Of a DNA stretch of 40,528 nt, positions 25,269 to 34,975 are shown one piece after another. Made by a program: the position numbers and the translations under genes. The DNA is taken from positions 1-40,528 of the IMG/VR virus record IMGVR_UViG_3300014656_000053; one strand, given 5' to 3'. The DNA comes from a virus (lineage: Duplodnaviria; Caudoviricetes). Under the pieces are notes generated by a model that made no database searches, was not told the origin of the DNA, and saw only the letters and a program-made list of their open reading frames with translations. How positions within the stretch are numbered: position 1 is the first letter of the stretch; the number at the start of each line of letters is the position of its first letter.

Positions 25269-27329
25269 TCACATTAGTTTCGGCAGGTCATTGAGAAATT
25301 CGCTTTTTTTGAAGGCCCTCTTCGGCCTCGTCTTCGCCGTCGCCGCGTACTGAACGCCCTTATAATAAGCGGCCGCCGCGTTATACACCGTCAAATCAAG
25401 CGCATGTGTCGCGGCCCCCGTATAAATCGGCTTCCAGACAAACTGGTCTTTGCCCTGTTTGTTAATTGACGGCACAAGTTTTTCGTTGGTAAATTCCGTC
25501 GCCCAGTAGCTTGGTATTCCCTCATATATCCGCATTTGCGGCGGGGCCTTGATAACGAGCTTGTCCGGGTCCCGCGGGTCCTCATCGTAAGAAGGTTCCG
25601 CCCATTGTGTCACCATATTCTTGAAAAAATGCGTATCAATCAGCATGAGCTGCATTCCCCTGTACCATAGCCGCGAGCGTTTCAGCCGATACCTTCTTTC
25701 CGTGGCCGTATCGAGGTCTGAAAACCGAAGCGGCTTGAGTTCCGGCCCCTGAAGTCCCTTGATGGGTATGGTTACGCCGGGGCGCTTCCGGCAATGGACA
25801 TAAACATCTTCCGGCGACCAGCCCGCATCCTCGAACGAGCAGCTAACGGCAAGCCACGGTGTTTTTTCGTTCGGGGTGCCGTCGGCCCAGGGGAATTTTA
25901 TGTCAAGCACTCTCTTGTCGTAATCCTCCCAGCTCGGCGCCGAGCCGGTATCTATAACGTACGCTTTAAGCCGTCCCGGCCCCGCCGGGTCGGGAGCATA
26001 GCCCATTATCTGATAATCAATCCTGACAAAACCTCTCGGTTTATGATAATCAGCCGAGGCAATCAAAATAACAACATCTTCCGGCACCGTCTGTCTCTGG
26101 AAAAATCCTTCGAGCTTCCTTACGTCGGCCGCCCTTATCTGCTTGCCGAACTCCCTGTATGTCTCGCCCATTATGTTATTGAAAAAGTCCATCATCAGGC
26201 CCGCCGCCCTGCCCATCTCGGTGTTCGCCTCGAACCATTTCGCCATAATCTCCGGCCACCCCACGCCCGGGAAAGGGCTTACCAGCGACGATGCCTGGTA
26301 GCCGGATATTCTTTTGGTCTTGATAACGATTTTTTCCTCGCATTTTTCACAAAATTTCAGATGCCTCTCCTCGATACGGCCGGGGTCGTACAGCGCCCCG
26401 CATTTCGAGTTCGGGCATCTATACCGCAGCGTTTTATCCGGCATTACTACATGGTTGAGAGGCGCCCATTTATAGCCGGCCACTATTTTGGACTTGAGAT
26501 ATTCGTCAATCCTGTGCCCGCACACCTCGCATTCGTACCACACCTCTTTTTCTTTTATGATTTCGTCAGGGTCTCGAAGATCCTTGGGCAGCCGCAGTTG
26601 CTCGAACCGCCATCTCCTGTATTCGCCGCAGTGCGGGCACGGCAGATATAGCCGGTTCTTATTGGATTTCTCGAAAAACCTGTCCGCCGGGCTGCTCTCC
26701 AGCTCCGGCGTGCAGCTCATAACTATTTTGCAGTCCCCGTACGTGATTGTTCTTTTCTCGGCAAGCTCTATCGGGCCCGGCTCGCGCCCGGCAAAAGGCG
26801 GAAATTTGTTCGGCTCTCTTAAAAAAATATATTTTATCGATTTTTCAGCCAGCGAGGCCGCGCTTCCCGATATCAGGAAGAATATATCCATATTATCAAG
26901 ATGAAAAGTTTTACCCTTCAGGTCCAGCGGTCTTCCCGTGATATGTTTTTTCGTATGCGGGCTAAGCAGTATCATTTCCCTGGTCCGCTGGGTGGCGTAA
27001 CTAATGTCGTCGTCGCGTGGCACTACAATCGCCGTGTCCGCCGGGTCCTGGTCTATTACATAGGCCAGCATATTCTCCTCGGTGGTCGTCTTGAACATCT
27101 GCGCCCCGGCGACTATATCAATCCACTTGGCTTCAGGGTCCACAAAATTGTCCTGCGGATCTCTCGCGTAAGGCGTCAGCGACGAGTCATATTTGCCGCC
27201 GAAAGGCGACTTGGCGGGCAACTGGCGGTACTTGTCCGCCAGTTCCGTCGGCGTGAATAATTCCGGCCATTCAAAGGCCCGTCTTTCCCTCTCGCTGAAT
27301 ATGGGGCATAATGCGGTCGTCATAATCAA
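25269..27329 (-). CDS. terL: Terminase large subunit, lambda GpA family
   Basis: AQMFKT Walker-A variant, LPCPHCGE, YECEVCG, SSLVSP, HALDLTVYN. Confidence 0.93.
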   Translation of the reverse strand: MIMTTALCPIFSERERRAFEWPELFTPTELADKYRQLPAKSPFGGKYDSSLTPYARDPQDNFVDPEAKWIDIVAGAQMFKTTTEENMLAYVIDQDPADTAIVVPRDDDISYATQRTREMILLSPHTKKHITGRPLDLKGKTFHLDNMDIFFLISGSAASLAEKSIKYIFLREPNKFPPFAGREPGPIELAEKRTITYGDCKIVMSCTPELESSPADRFFEKSNKNRLYLPCPHCGEYRRWRFEQLRLPKDLRDPDEIIKEKEVWYECEVCGHRIDEYLKSKIVAGYKWAPLNHVVMPDKTLRYRCPNSKCGALYDPGRIEERHLKFCEKCEEKIVIKTKRISGYQASSLVSPFPGVGWPEIMAKWFEANTEMGRAAGLMMDFFNNIMGETYREFGKQIRAADVRKLEGFFQRQTVPEDVVILIASADYHKPRGFVRIDYQIMGYAPDPAGPGRLKAYVIDTGSAPSWEDYDKRVLDIKFPWADGTPNEKTPWLAVSCSFEDAGWSPEDVYVHCRKRPGVTIPIKGLQGPELKPLRFSDLDTATERRYRLKRSRLWYRGMQLMLIDTHFFKNMVTQWAEPSYDEDPRDPDKLVIKAPPQMRIYEGIPSYWATEFTNEKLVPSINKQGKDQFVWKPIYTGAATHALDLTVYNAAAAYYKGVQYAATAKTRPKRAFKKSEFLNDLPKLM

Positions 27330-27949
27330 CTCTTCAGTCCGTCTGCGAAACGCCTGTCTATATTTCTAAGCTTATTATCCATTATTGCCTTTATTGCCGG
27401 CCAGTCCTTGGGGTCCCGAAGATAGGGCTTCAAAAACGGCTCTAACTCTCTGCTGAACCTCTGATGTCCTTTCCTTACCGCCGTAATCTGCTGCACGTGC
27501 CTGCGTTCGTCCTCTTCTCTCGATATCCATTTCCCCTGTTCTCTTTTCAGCTCGATATCGAGCAGGAGGTCTCTTTTTTCTTTTATACCGGCGTTCGCCT
27601 GCTGCTCGCGCAGGCGGTGGGCGTTTGTCCCGACCCCCTCTTTTTTCTTGAGCTCATCGAGGAAATTTTTGTAATAGTAGTATCTCCTGTTCTCCACAAA
27701 GTAGTGCATTACAGGCGGGACCTGCTCCTCGGCCTCCTTGTCCCACCGCTGAATCGTCTTGGTTTTTACCCCTACAAAATCAGCCGCCGCCTTCTGGCCC
27801 ATAACGACCAGCTTCTGGGCGAGCAGCTGCGGTCCCGCCCCGCAGGGCGGGGCGGGACTCCGCTGCGTCCCGGTTCCCGGGACTGCGCTGCGCTCCGCTG
27901 CGCCGGTCTGTTTTTCTTTTTCAGCCACAGAGGATTCAGATTTTTTCAT
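27326..27949 (-). CDS. terS: Terminase small subunit (HTH)
   Basis: QKAAADFVGVKTKTIQRW HTH; overlaps the terL start; coiled-coil C-terminus. Confidence 0.8.
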   Translation of the reverse strand: MKKSESSVAEKEKQTGAAERSAVPGTGTQRSPAPPCGAGPQLLAQKLVVMGQKAAADFVGVKTKTIQRWDKEAEEQVPPVMHYFVENRRYYYYKNFLDELKKKEGVGTNAHRLREQQANAGIKEKRDLLLDIELKREQGKWISREEDERRHVQQITAVRKGHQRFSRELEPFLKPYLRDPKDWPAIKAIMDNKLRNIDRRFADGLKS

Positions 27950-28743
27950 CCGAACAGTCCCCATTCTGTCGAATCAATCCGTTTCTTTGCTAACTCAAAG
28001 TATTTTTTGTCTATTTCGCAGCCGATGAAATTCCTGCGCAAGAGCTTGCACGCAACACCCGTTGTGCCAGAACCCATAAAGCAATCCAGAACCGTATCAC
28101 CTGAATTTGACCAACTTATGATATGGTCTTTAGCTAACCATAAGGGCATAGTGGCGGGGTGTTCGATATTCTTACACACCTTTTCGTTGCCCGATGTTTT
28201 CCCCCGCCATACATTGCCTCGCATACCATTTTCGTTAATAATATTCTTTGGACGCTCTGTCATTGTGCCGTCTTTTTGGCGCGAATTATTTACACCAAAT
28301 GGCTCAGTTCCAGCCCATATATTTTTTTTGTCTTTTAACGGGTTGAAGGTTTTAGGTCGTCGCCTCGACAAAACAAGTACATACTCAAAAATTTGGTGGT
28401 AACGACTCTTTTCGGGGTGAGCGAAATTGCATTTTTCATAAATCATCGTATCGTGAACATTAAATCCGCAAACATCTTTGAAATACAATTTTTGCCTATC
28501 GCTCGTGCAGGTTTCAGACCCATCAACCGTCGCGTCGCCTATTACCTAAACCACTACCCCACCGTCTTTAGTTATCCTGAACAACTCTTTGGCTATACCC
28601 TCGAAGTCCCAGCTATGTCCGCCGTAGGTTCGCAGGTTATCGTAAGGCGGACTTGTAACCGTCAAGTCCACGCTCTTATCCGGCATCCTTCGCATATATT
28701 CGAGGCAGTCCCCGCAATGCAGCGTTATTGTCGGCTGGTTCAT
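27946..28743 (-). pseudogene. N4/N6 DNA methyltransferase interrupted by one in-frame TAG (28546..28548)
   Basis: GDCLE..TSPPY..GGVVV*VIGDAT..HPATMP..LDCFMGSGTT all in one frame. Confidence 0.85.
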
Positions 28744-28774
28744 TTCTTTTCCGTGTAATCTGCGTAATCCGTGG

Positions 28775-29092
28775 TTACATCTTCTTAAAAAGGTACATCC
28801 GCAGCACCTGATAGAGTTTTTCGTATCCGGCGTTCCGGCACACGGCCGCCGCACGGCGGATATGGTAATCCTCTATATCCTGCCTGCGAATCAGTTTGGC
28901 CATCTCGGCGATAATGCGGTCCTTCTTTTCGATAGCCGCCCTCTGCGAGGCCCTGCCCGTCTTGATTCCGAGGCAGTACGCCCGCGCCAGTTTTTTATCG
29001 TCGTGCAAATCAAGCCATAGCTGCCTGTTGGCCTCGGCCCGAACCTTGCTCGGCCGGCTGTCCCTTTTCCTTTTTTTTGTGTGTCTTCTCAA
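28775..29092 (-). CDS. Basic hypothetical protein (start uncertain)
   Basis: 3' part of ORF 28775..29374, downstream of a palindromic insert. Confidence 0.5.
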   Translation of the reverse strand: MRRHTKKRKRDSRPSKVRAEANRQLWLDLHDDKKLARAYCLGIKTGRASQRAAIEKKDRIIAEMAKLIRRQDIEDYHIRRAAAVCRNAGYEKLYQVLRMYLFKKM

Positions 29093-29387
29093 TCTCGTCC
29101 CCGGTTCCCGGGACTCCGTATTTATTAGCTCGGACCTCGGCGTACAGTTCGAACAGTTCGCCCAGGTCCTCGAACGTCCCACATCCGCATTTCGGGCACG
29201 CAGGTCCGTTTTGCGGACCGGAGTCCCCCCTGCTTTGATTTTTCTTAAAATCATGGGGGGAAGAAAGCTCACCGTTGTTAGTTCCCCATGCACAGCATAC
29301 GCACACGAACCTTCCCGTCGTATCGGGCCACAGTACCGGGTCCGCAGAGTGCTCAAGATACCAACGATAATCATTGTGATAGGCCAC
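29010..29387 (-). CDS. Hypothetical zinc-ribbon protein
   Basis: CVCC and CPKCG pairs; C-terminus runs through a repeat. Confidence 0.55.
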   Translation of the reverse strand: MAYHNDYRWYLEHSADPVLWPDTTGRFVCVCCAWGTNNGELSSPHDFKKNQSRGDSGPQNGPACPKCGCGTFEDLGELFELYAEVRANKYGVPGTGDEIEKTHKKKEKGQPAEQGSGRGQQAAMA

Positions 29388-29474
29388 TCTCGTTACTCGT
29401 CGTGTTTAGTCCCGGTTCCCGGGACTCCGCTTCACTGCACTCCGCTTCGGATTTAGAAATTAGAATTTAGGATT

Positions 29475-29684
29475 TCAGAATGAGATTCCTCTTCGGTGCA
29501 GCTCTCTTCTCAGCCGGATGTTCTCATTGAGCAGACCCTTCAATTCCGCCGCCGAGAGCAGGTGCAGGTACTCTATCTCCGCGTACGATCGCCTACTTAA
29601 CTTCTTATGCTCCTCATCCGATGCCCGCAATCTTTGGTATTCCGCCTCTTTTATGATTCGATGTCCGAAAATCTTCATAAACAT
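29475..29684 (-). CDS. Small hypothetical protein
   Basis: AAGGA RBS; coiled-coil end. Confidence 0.55.
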   Translation of the reverse strand: MFMKIFGHRIIKEAEYQRLRASDEEHKKLSRRSYAEIEYLHLLSAAELKGLLNENIRLRRELHRRGISF

Positions 29685-29688
29685 TCCT

Positions 29689-29745
29689 TTTTAACCACGA
29701 ATTTTCACTAATCATCACGAAGGTTTTAATCCGTGTTAATTCGTG
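29689..29745. repeat. 57-bp intergenic repeat with 9-bp subunits (second copy 32952..33008)
   Basis: 56/57 identical; TTTTAACCACGAATTTTCACTAATCATCACGAAGG... Confidence 0.9.
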
Positions 29746-29813
29746 TCAATTCGTGCTAATTCGTGGTTATCTATGCCTTTCATGTCTTCGTGGTTGCCTT
29801 TAACTTTTTCGCC

Positions 29814-29860
29814 CCCGGCTGATTCCGCGAAACGCGAAATCACTGCCGCCGGGGACTACG
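29814..29860. repeat. Nested-hairpin element (near-identical copy 35231..35276; relatives at 1390, 2191 and 31815)
   Basis: CCCGGCTGATTCCGCGAAACGCGAAATCACTGCCGCCGGGG. Confidence 0.9.
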
Positions 29861-30062
29861 CTTTCGCTACGCCATATACCGCTATTCCCAGAAATACGAT
29901 ATCCCGAACGCTAAACCACTTACCGCCCGTCTTGTAGTGCGTGACTATGCCGAGCGAATTGCCGATTAGCCACAGCCAGTAGCACCATCCGCTTTCAATC
30001 ATCGCCGGCAACGCCCCAGCCACCAGAAAACCAGTCGCAATAAGCTCAAGAATCTTAATCAT
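29856..30062 (-). CDS. Small hydrophobic protein (PnuC-fragment-like)
   Basis: Three hydrophobic segments, CYWLWLIGN. Confidence 0.6.
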   Translation of the reverse strand: MIKILELIATGFLVAGALPAMIESGWCYWLWLIGNSLGIVTHYKTGGKWFSVRDIVFLGIAVYGVAKA

Positions 30063-30065
30063 AAT

Positions 30066-30887
30066 TCATCCCCGCAAAGCGGGTTCCCGCTTAAAAATAA
30101 GTTGAGGACGACACCATCTCCTCTGAAATAGCCGCCATTCGATATCTCCCCGGTATTCGCCATCCTGATAAAGCATCGCAAAAGGAATTACCCCCAAACC
30201 AAGCGTCGCCTGCAGGCGTTTTTCGGCATTACTCCTTGTGTCCCCCTGATAACCGATGAGAACGTAGGCGAATACTTTATGCTGTTCGGGCGTAAATCCC
30301 GACCTGAATAATATCCTCGCTGCCGTCACAAGCGGCTCCCAATCATCTGATTCGTCATAGGCAAGAAATAACTGGCCCGTTTTTATCTCAAACAATTTAT
30401 CCGCTATGTCCTGCCTTAATAATCTGCTGTCAAGCCCCCCGGAAAATATCGGTCGTTTTGGCTGGCGTTTGAGCATATTGAACACCCTATTTATGTGCTG
30501 TTTTGTGCAGGCGAGCAGATTATTATCGAGAACATTCCAGCCATCAGTTATCTCAATTTCTCGCAATTTACCCTCTCGCCGAGGCACAAGACAAAACCCG
30601 CACTTTCGAGGACATCCCCTACTTGTAATGACGTAACCTTTTTTGAGATATCTGCCGGGCGTAAAACTATTCCCTTCACTCCCATAGGCCGGTCCACCAA
30701 CCAGTGGGTTATATCCTGACTTTCGCCAGAGTATTTCAAGCCGTTCGCATTCAGGTTTATCCCATATAAATGTGCAGGATATGTCTATTTGTTGACCTTT
30801 CCCCCTGTCAAATAGTCCGGGTGCCCCGACCCGGACTTCATCATCGTCAGGCGTCGCTTTGGTTCGTCTCGGGAAAACCCTAATCAT
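30066..30887 (-). CDS. Radical SAM protein
   Basis: TSRGCPRKCGFC (CxxxCxxC), LDNNLLA, YVLIGY. Confidence 0.88.
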   Translation of the reverse strand: MIRVFPRRTKATPDDDEVRVGAPGLFDRGKGQQIDISCTFIWDKPECERLEILWRKSGYNPLVGGPAYGSEGNSFTPGRYLKKGYVITSRGCPRKCGFCLVPRREGKLREIEITDGWNVLDNNLLACTKQHINRVFNMLKRQPKRPIFSGGLDSRLLRQDIADKLFEIKTGQLFLAYDESDDWEPLVTAARILFRSGFTPEQHKVFAYVLIGYQGDTRSNAEKRLQATLGLGVIPFAMLYQDGEYRGDIEWRLFQRRWCRPQLIFKREPALRG

Positions 30888-30935
30888 AATCGGGCCCTCT
30901 CATTATTCAGCAGCGTGTTATCTATTCTCCCGGTA

Positions 30936-31799
30936 TCATTGTGAAAGCCCATTCTCGATACTCGTCGTTTGCAACTCTTCCGGCAATTCCCGCACGCAAA
31001 GCTCGCTCGGCATCTGGTCGAGGTCTCTTATCAGCCGGTTGCGGTAGTTGATTTGTTTGACCCAGACGGGCACGCCCTGGTCCTTCGCCTGGCCGATAAT
31101 CGAGAGCATCCACGCCCAGCTGCATTCCCTGCCCGGCCTGCCGCCAAGCGATTCGGCCTCCATTACTACCCAGTCGATTCCCGCCAAGTCGATCCTGTCC
31201 ATCGCCTCCAACAGCGGCCCGAAACTAACCCATCGATGGGCGGCCGATACCTGCCGCAACGCATCTATTTTCCACTTCTCCGATTCCACGCAGACCGAGA
31301 CGCCGAGGAATAAATTCTCGTCGTTCGTCGTTCGTCGTTCGTCGTTCGATATTCTTTCAGGGCGTTTGGTCAGGAGTAAAAACCTGTGCCGCTGATATTT
31401 CTCAATCTCTTCAAATACCCGTTCAATTATCGAGTCGGGGACATCCTTATGGAACAAATCGCACAGGTCGCAGACAAAAAACGTCTTTGGCTCCAGGCCA
31501 TCAAGTTTTTTGTTCTTTATGGTCTTTTCATCAAAGACATAAACCACCGGCCTGTCATCCCCGGAAGCCGGGACTCCCCGTGAAATTCGAAGAATTTCCG
31601 GGACTGAGTCCTCGAAATCTCTTTGAGATTTCTGAGGGACGCTGCGCTCCGCATAGGGCCCGCCGCCCGCCCTGATATTGATTCCCTCCGCCCAGCAGTT
31701 CAGGCAGCCCGGCGAGCATTTCGTGCAGTGGTAATGACCGTCAGCCGTCTTGACCGGGTTCCACGATTCAGACCAATATTTGCCATCCTGAATACTCAT
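30936..31799 (-). CDS. Phage Gp37/Gp68 (DUF5131) family protein with in-frame repeat insertions
   Basis: SWNPV, CTKCSPGCLNCWA, DLFH, LLTKRPER, IDWVV..ES, WVKQ. Confidence 0.9.
   Translation of the reverse strand: MSIQDGKYWSESWNPVKTADGHYHCTKCSPGCLNCWAEGINIRAGGGPYAERSVPQKSQRDFEDSVPEILRISRGVPASGDDRPVVYVFDEKTIKNKKLDGLEPKTFFVCDLCDLFHKDVPDSIIERVFEEIEKYQRHRFLLLTKRPERISNDERRTTNDENLFLGVSVCVESEKWKIDALRQVSAAHRWVSFGPLLEAMDRIDLAGIDWVVMEAESLGGRPGRECSWAWMLSIIGQAKDQGVPVWVKQINYRNRLIRDLDQMPSELCVRELPEELQTTSIENGLSQ
31560..31652. mobile_element. 93-bp composite palindromic (REP/RPE-like) insertion, in frame
   Basis: Three hairpin modules that recur elsewhere; removing them gives PY|DDRP. Confidence 0.75.
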
Positions 31800-31865
31800 T
31801 TCGTAATCCTCTGCCCCGGCTGATTTCGCCTGCGGCTAAATCGTATCGTACCGGGGCTTCGCTCT

Positions 31866-32489
31866 TTACCTTACTATCGCTTGCAGCGGGCTAAGCCATA
31901 TCCTTTCACCTGCGAGCAACGAGGCCGAGCGCAAGAGCACATCCACTTTTTTATCCGGCTCGAAGTCCTTCGGCTGATAGTTATTACTGGCGACGTTCGG
32001 CGGCAGGTATCCCCACCTCTTGAAAATCGACGCGAGTAATTCTGAGCAGAACAGGTTATGCTCGTTATGCCGATTGATCCGCAGGGCCGCGCCTAACAAT
32101 TCCAGAATCAGGCCCAGCCCCTTCTCGTAGCTCGTCCCCCGATGCTCGGAGATAAATTTATGAAGTTGCTCGAACCATAATCTATCCCGTTCGCAGTTCA
32201 AGAACCGGATGAATATCTCGCCTTTGTATTCGCGGCACTTCTCGCCGAACGGATTGAGCTGCACGCCCTTTACCGACTTGCCCCAGTCCGCCTCCAGTAT
32301 GTCAACCTGGTAGCTGGTCCGAACGATCATTCCGACGTGGCTCATCTTCGAGCGGGTAAAAAAACCGATAACGTCGCTTATGACACCCCTGCCGTTGAAA
32401 AGAACTATATCGCCCGTCATCAAGTGCGGCCTGATTCTCTTATACATCCACGGCAGCTCTATTCCTGCCGTTCTTATATCGCGCTCCAT
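31866..32489 (-). CDS. Permuted papain-like NlpC/P60 amidase (YiiX/YebB-like)
   Basis: TGDIVLF, SHVGM (His before Cys), LFCSEL. Confidence 0.88.
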   Translation of the reverse strand: MERDIRTAGIELPWMYKRIRPHLMTGDIVLFNGRGVISDVIGFFTRSKMSHVGMIVRTSYQVDILEADWGKSVKGVQLNPFGEKCREYKGEIFIRFLNCERDRLWFEQLHKFISEHRGTSYEKGLGLILELLGAALRINRHNEHNLFCSELLASIFKRWGYLPPNVASNNYQPKDFEPDKKVDVLLRSASLLAGERIWLSPLQAIVR

Positions 32490-32536
32490 CGCTTCACCTC
32501 GATTCTTGATACTTGATTCTCGATTCTCGTCGTTCG

Positions 32537-32917
32537 CTATGTCTTTTTCTTTTTCGCCAGGAAAGTCATAACTCCCGCCAGAATCAGAGAGCCAATCGAC
32601 AGTGAATTGAGCTGGCCGCCCGCCGCCGAGATGCCCGTAATCAGGAAATTTACGAACTGCTGCGTCTGTCCCACATCTTCCGCCGAGGCCAGCTCCGCAT
32701 CCTGCATCCATTGAGCCGTAAGGTCGTTTGTCATCTGGATTTTGGTCGGCGTATCGTAGGCATCGTTCTCCCACACCGCCTTCAGCGTCAGCGCGTGCGC
32801 GCTGATTTTCTGCTGCATAACGAGCGTATCGCCGATGCTCGATTGCTGCTCACTCGTGCAGCCGGCGCCTGCGACGAGCAGGCACGCAAAAATCATTACC
32901 GCAATTAACATCTTCAT
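32537..32917 (-). CDS. Lipoprotein with C-terminal TM helix (u-spanin-like topology)
   Basis: Lipobox AGAGC; terminal IGSLILAGVMTFLA-KKKK. Confidence 0.65.
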   Translation of the reverse strand: MKMLIAVMIFACLLVAGAGCTSEQQSSIGDTLVMQQKISAHALTLKAVWENDAYDTPTKIQMTNDLTAQWMQDAELASAEDVGQTQQFVNFLITGISAAGGQLNSLSIGSLILAGVMTFLAKKKKT

Positions 32918-33075
32918 AATCGTTTCTCCAAAAAATTCGCCTAAAATGTTTTTTTAACCACGAATTTTCACTAATCATCACGAAGGTTTTAATTCGTGTT
33001 AATTCGTGCCCTGAGAAATTCAAAGAATTTCCAGGACTTTTGTCCCCGAAAATCTTTTAGATTTTTCGGGGGTAA

Positions 33076-33474
33076 TTAGTGGTTATCTTTTTCTTTTTTC
33101 AGCCGTTCGTTCTCGGCCTGTAACTCGGCAATCTGCTTATCTTGTATTTGAAGTTGTTTTTCAAAGATGATGTTCTTTTCAATATGTTGATTGATTATTT
33201 TGCCATCAGCTTCCAAAAAAGGACATCCGTCACAGCTAACTTCTTTTTTCAGCCGTTCGTTCTCGGCCTCAAGCTCATCTACCTGCCGCTTTGCGGTTTC
33301 GAGAAGGTCTGCGGTTTCTCCAAAGCGTGTTTTCTGTGGCTCTCCTGTGACTAAATTTATAGAGAAATACTTTTCGACCTGTGAGTATATAACAAACGAA
33401 TACCTGCCTGACCCAATATTGCCTGACTTGTCCCAATCACCCCAATAACGACCACTTAAGCCGACTTCAGCCAT
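33076..33474 (-). CDS. Chimeric coiled-coil hypothetical protein
   Basis: First 33 codons duplicate part of 15214..16212; AENERLKKE occurs twice. Confidence 0.55.
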   Translation of the reverse strand: MAEVGLSGRYWGDWDKSGNIGSGRYSFVIYSQVEKYFSINLVTGEPQKTRFGETADLLETAKRQVDELEAENERLKKEVSCDGCPFLEADGKIINQHIEKNIIFEKQLQIQDKQIAELQAENERLKKEKDNH

Positions 33475-33624
33475 ATTGTTGTCGCAACCATTTAATTAGT
33501 TCTTCATACTTCGCCTGTTCAATCGCTTCGCTTCCCGGAAGCCGGGACTGAGCCCTCGAAATCTCTTCGAGATTTCTGAGGGTCGCTACGCTTCGCATTT
33601 TTTACCTGCCTTAAACTACACCTA

Positions 33625-34224
33625 TCAATCTTTTGGTTCATATAAATTGTGCCGCTTCATCCATTCGGCAATTACTTTTACGCGCCATTCGTATTCGTCA
33701 ATATCGGCGGGCGAGTAATTATGCTCTTCCGCGCATCTTCTTATATTTTCCTCCCACCACTTTACCGGCTTAATGATACATCCACTCGATATGTAACCGG
33801 CGGAAAAATAATTTATCTCGTATGTATTCTCGTGGCCAAAAAATTGTATCGGTGAAATATCGAGCTTGACCCCATCGCCGAGCTTGACCCGATTACCGAG
33901 CATAACCCAATTACCGAGCGTGACCCCATTGCCGAGCTTGACCCAATTACCGAGCATAACCCAATTACCGAGCGTGACCCCATTGCCGAGCTTGACCTCG
34001 TCGCCGAGCGTGGCCTCATCGCCGAGCGTGACCCCATTGCCGAGCGTGACCCAATTACCGAGCGTGACCCCATTGCCGAGCATAACCCCATTACCGAGCT
34101 TGACCCCATCGCCGAGCGTGACCCCATTGCCGAGCTTGACCTCGTCGCCAGTTTCCGGGCAAATCGACCAGCAGTTTTCAATCTTCCACTTTTGTATTTC
34201 TGATACTTTTGCATTTTTAATCAT
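33625..34224 (-). CDS. Hexapeptide-repeat (left-handed beta-helix) protein
   Basis: LG(N/D)xV(T/K/M) tandem repeats; 18-bp DNA unit at about 33862..34147. Confidence 0.85.
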   Translation of the reverse strand: MIKNAKVSEIQKWKIENCWSICPETGDEVKLGNGVTLGDGVKLGNGVMLGNGVTLGNWVTLGNGVTLGDEATLGDEVKLGNGVTLGNWVMLGNWVKLGNGVTLGNWVMLGNRVKLGDGVKLDISPIQFFGHENTYEINYFSAGYISSGCIIKPVKWWEENIRRCAEEHNYSPADIDEYEWRVKVIAEWMKRHNLYEPKD

Positions 34225-34252
34225 TTTTTCACCTTCCGTAAAAGGATTAAAC

Positions 34253-34807
34253 CTAATCCGGCAGCGCCCGCTGGTCCCCACCAACAAGGATAGCGGGCTG
34301 GTCCACGTTTTTTACTATCGCCACAACCTCGGCATAGACGATGTTATTCCCATCCACGACCTTGTAAGTCACCCTGTGGAACCCGGCATCGCGTAAACCA
34401 GGCCGCATATCAATCCAGCCGCTCAAAACAAGGGCATAATTAACGTCTGTGATTTCGTGTTTTGCGAGCCAGTTATACCTTCCTAAAGCCCTGTTCGGGT
34501 CAACAGCAACAAAGCTGCTCATTGTCCAGTAGTTCGGGATAGGTGGGAGAAATGTTATTACCGGCGGAGAACCGCCAAACTCCTTATTGTCCTCGTCAAT
34601 CACAAGGACTTCGTGGCCGATTCTGTCCCCTTCGTTTATGTCGAAGATGATAGAGAATACCGGATTGTTCGGGTCGCCATAAGTTTTCGCACCCGCCTGT
34701 GCTGCAACGAGCAGTATAAAACACATTACCAAAACTAACTTTCTCCCCGCTTCACGGGACTTCACCCTGGTTCCCAGGACTCCGTTGTACTCCGTTACGT
34801 TTCGCAT
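34253..34807 (-). CDS. Exported hypothetical protein
   Basis: AGGAG RBS; RKLVLVMCFILLVAAQAGA signal preceded by repeat-derived residues. Confidence 0.65.
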   Translation of the reverse strand: MRNVTEYNGVLGTRVKSREAGRKLVLVMCFILLVAAQAGAKTYGDPNNPVFSIIFDINEGDRIGHEVLVIDEDNKEFGGSPPVITFLPPIPNYWTMSSFVAVDPNRALGRYNWLAKHEITDVNYALVLSGWIDMRPGLRDAGFHRVTYKVVDGNNIVYAEVVAIVKNVDQPAILVGGDQRALPD

Positions 34808-34975
34808 TTTTGTTCTCCTAATTCTCGTATTTCGTATCTCGTATCTCGTATTCCGAACAACGAAATACGACCGACGAACGACGAAATACGCTTCACGTTT
34901 CACGCTTCATCGCCCCGGAAGCCGGGACTGAGTCCTCGAAATCTCTTCGAGATTTCTGAGGGTCGCTTCGCTTCG

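Noticed and set aside
28546-28548. Genome-wide TAG reassignment
   Set aside because: TAG ends the capsid, chaperone and ParB genes normally; no suppressor tRNA; only one interrupted gene
15927-33477. Diversity-generating retroelement TR/VR pair
   Set aside because: Only one mismatch, no reverse transcriptase or Avd gene, and the target is not a C-terminal lectin domain; kept only as a duplication
33813-34396. SAMGSR- and PSVTPL-repeat ORFs; acetyltransferase call for the hexapeptide protein
   Set aside because: Shadow frames of the 18-bp repeat; no catalytic or CoA-binding region recognised
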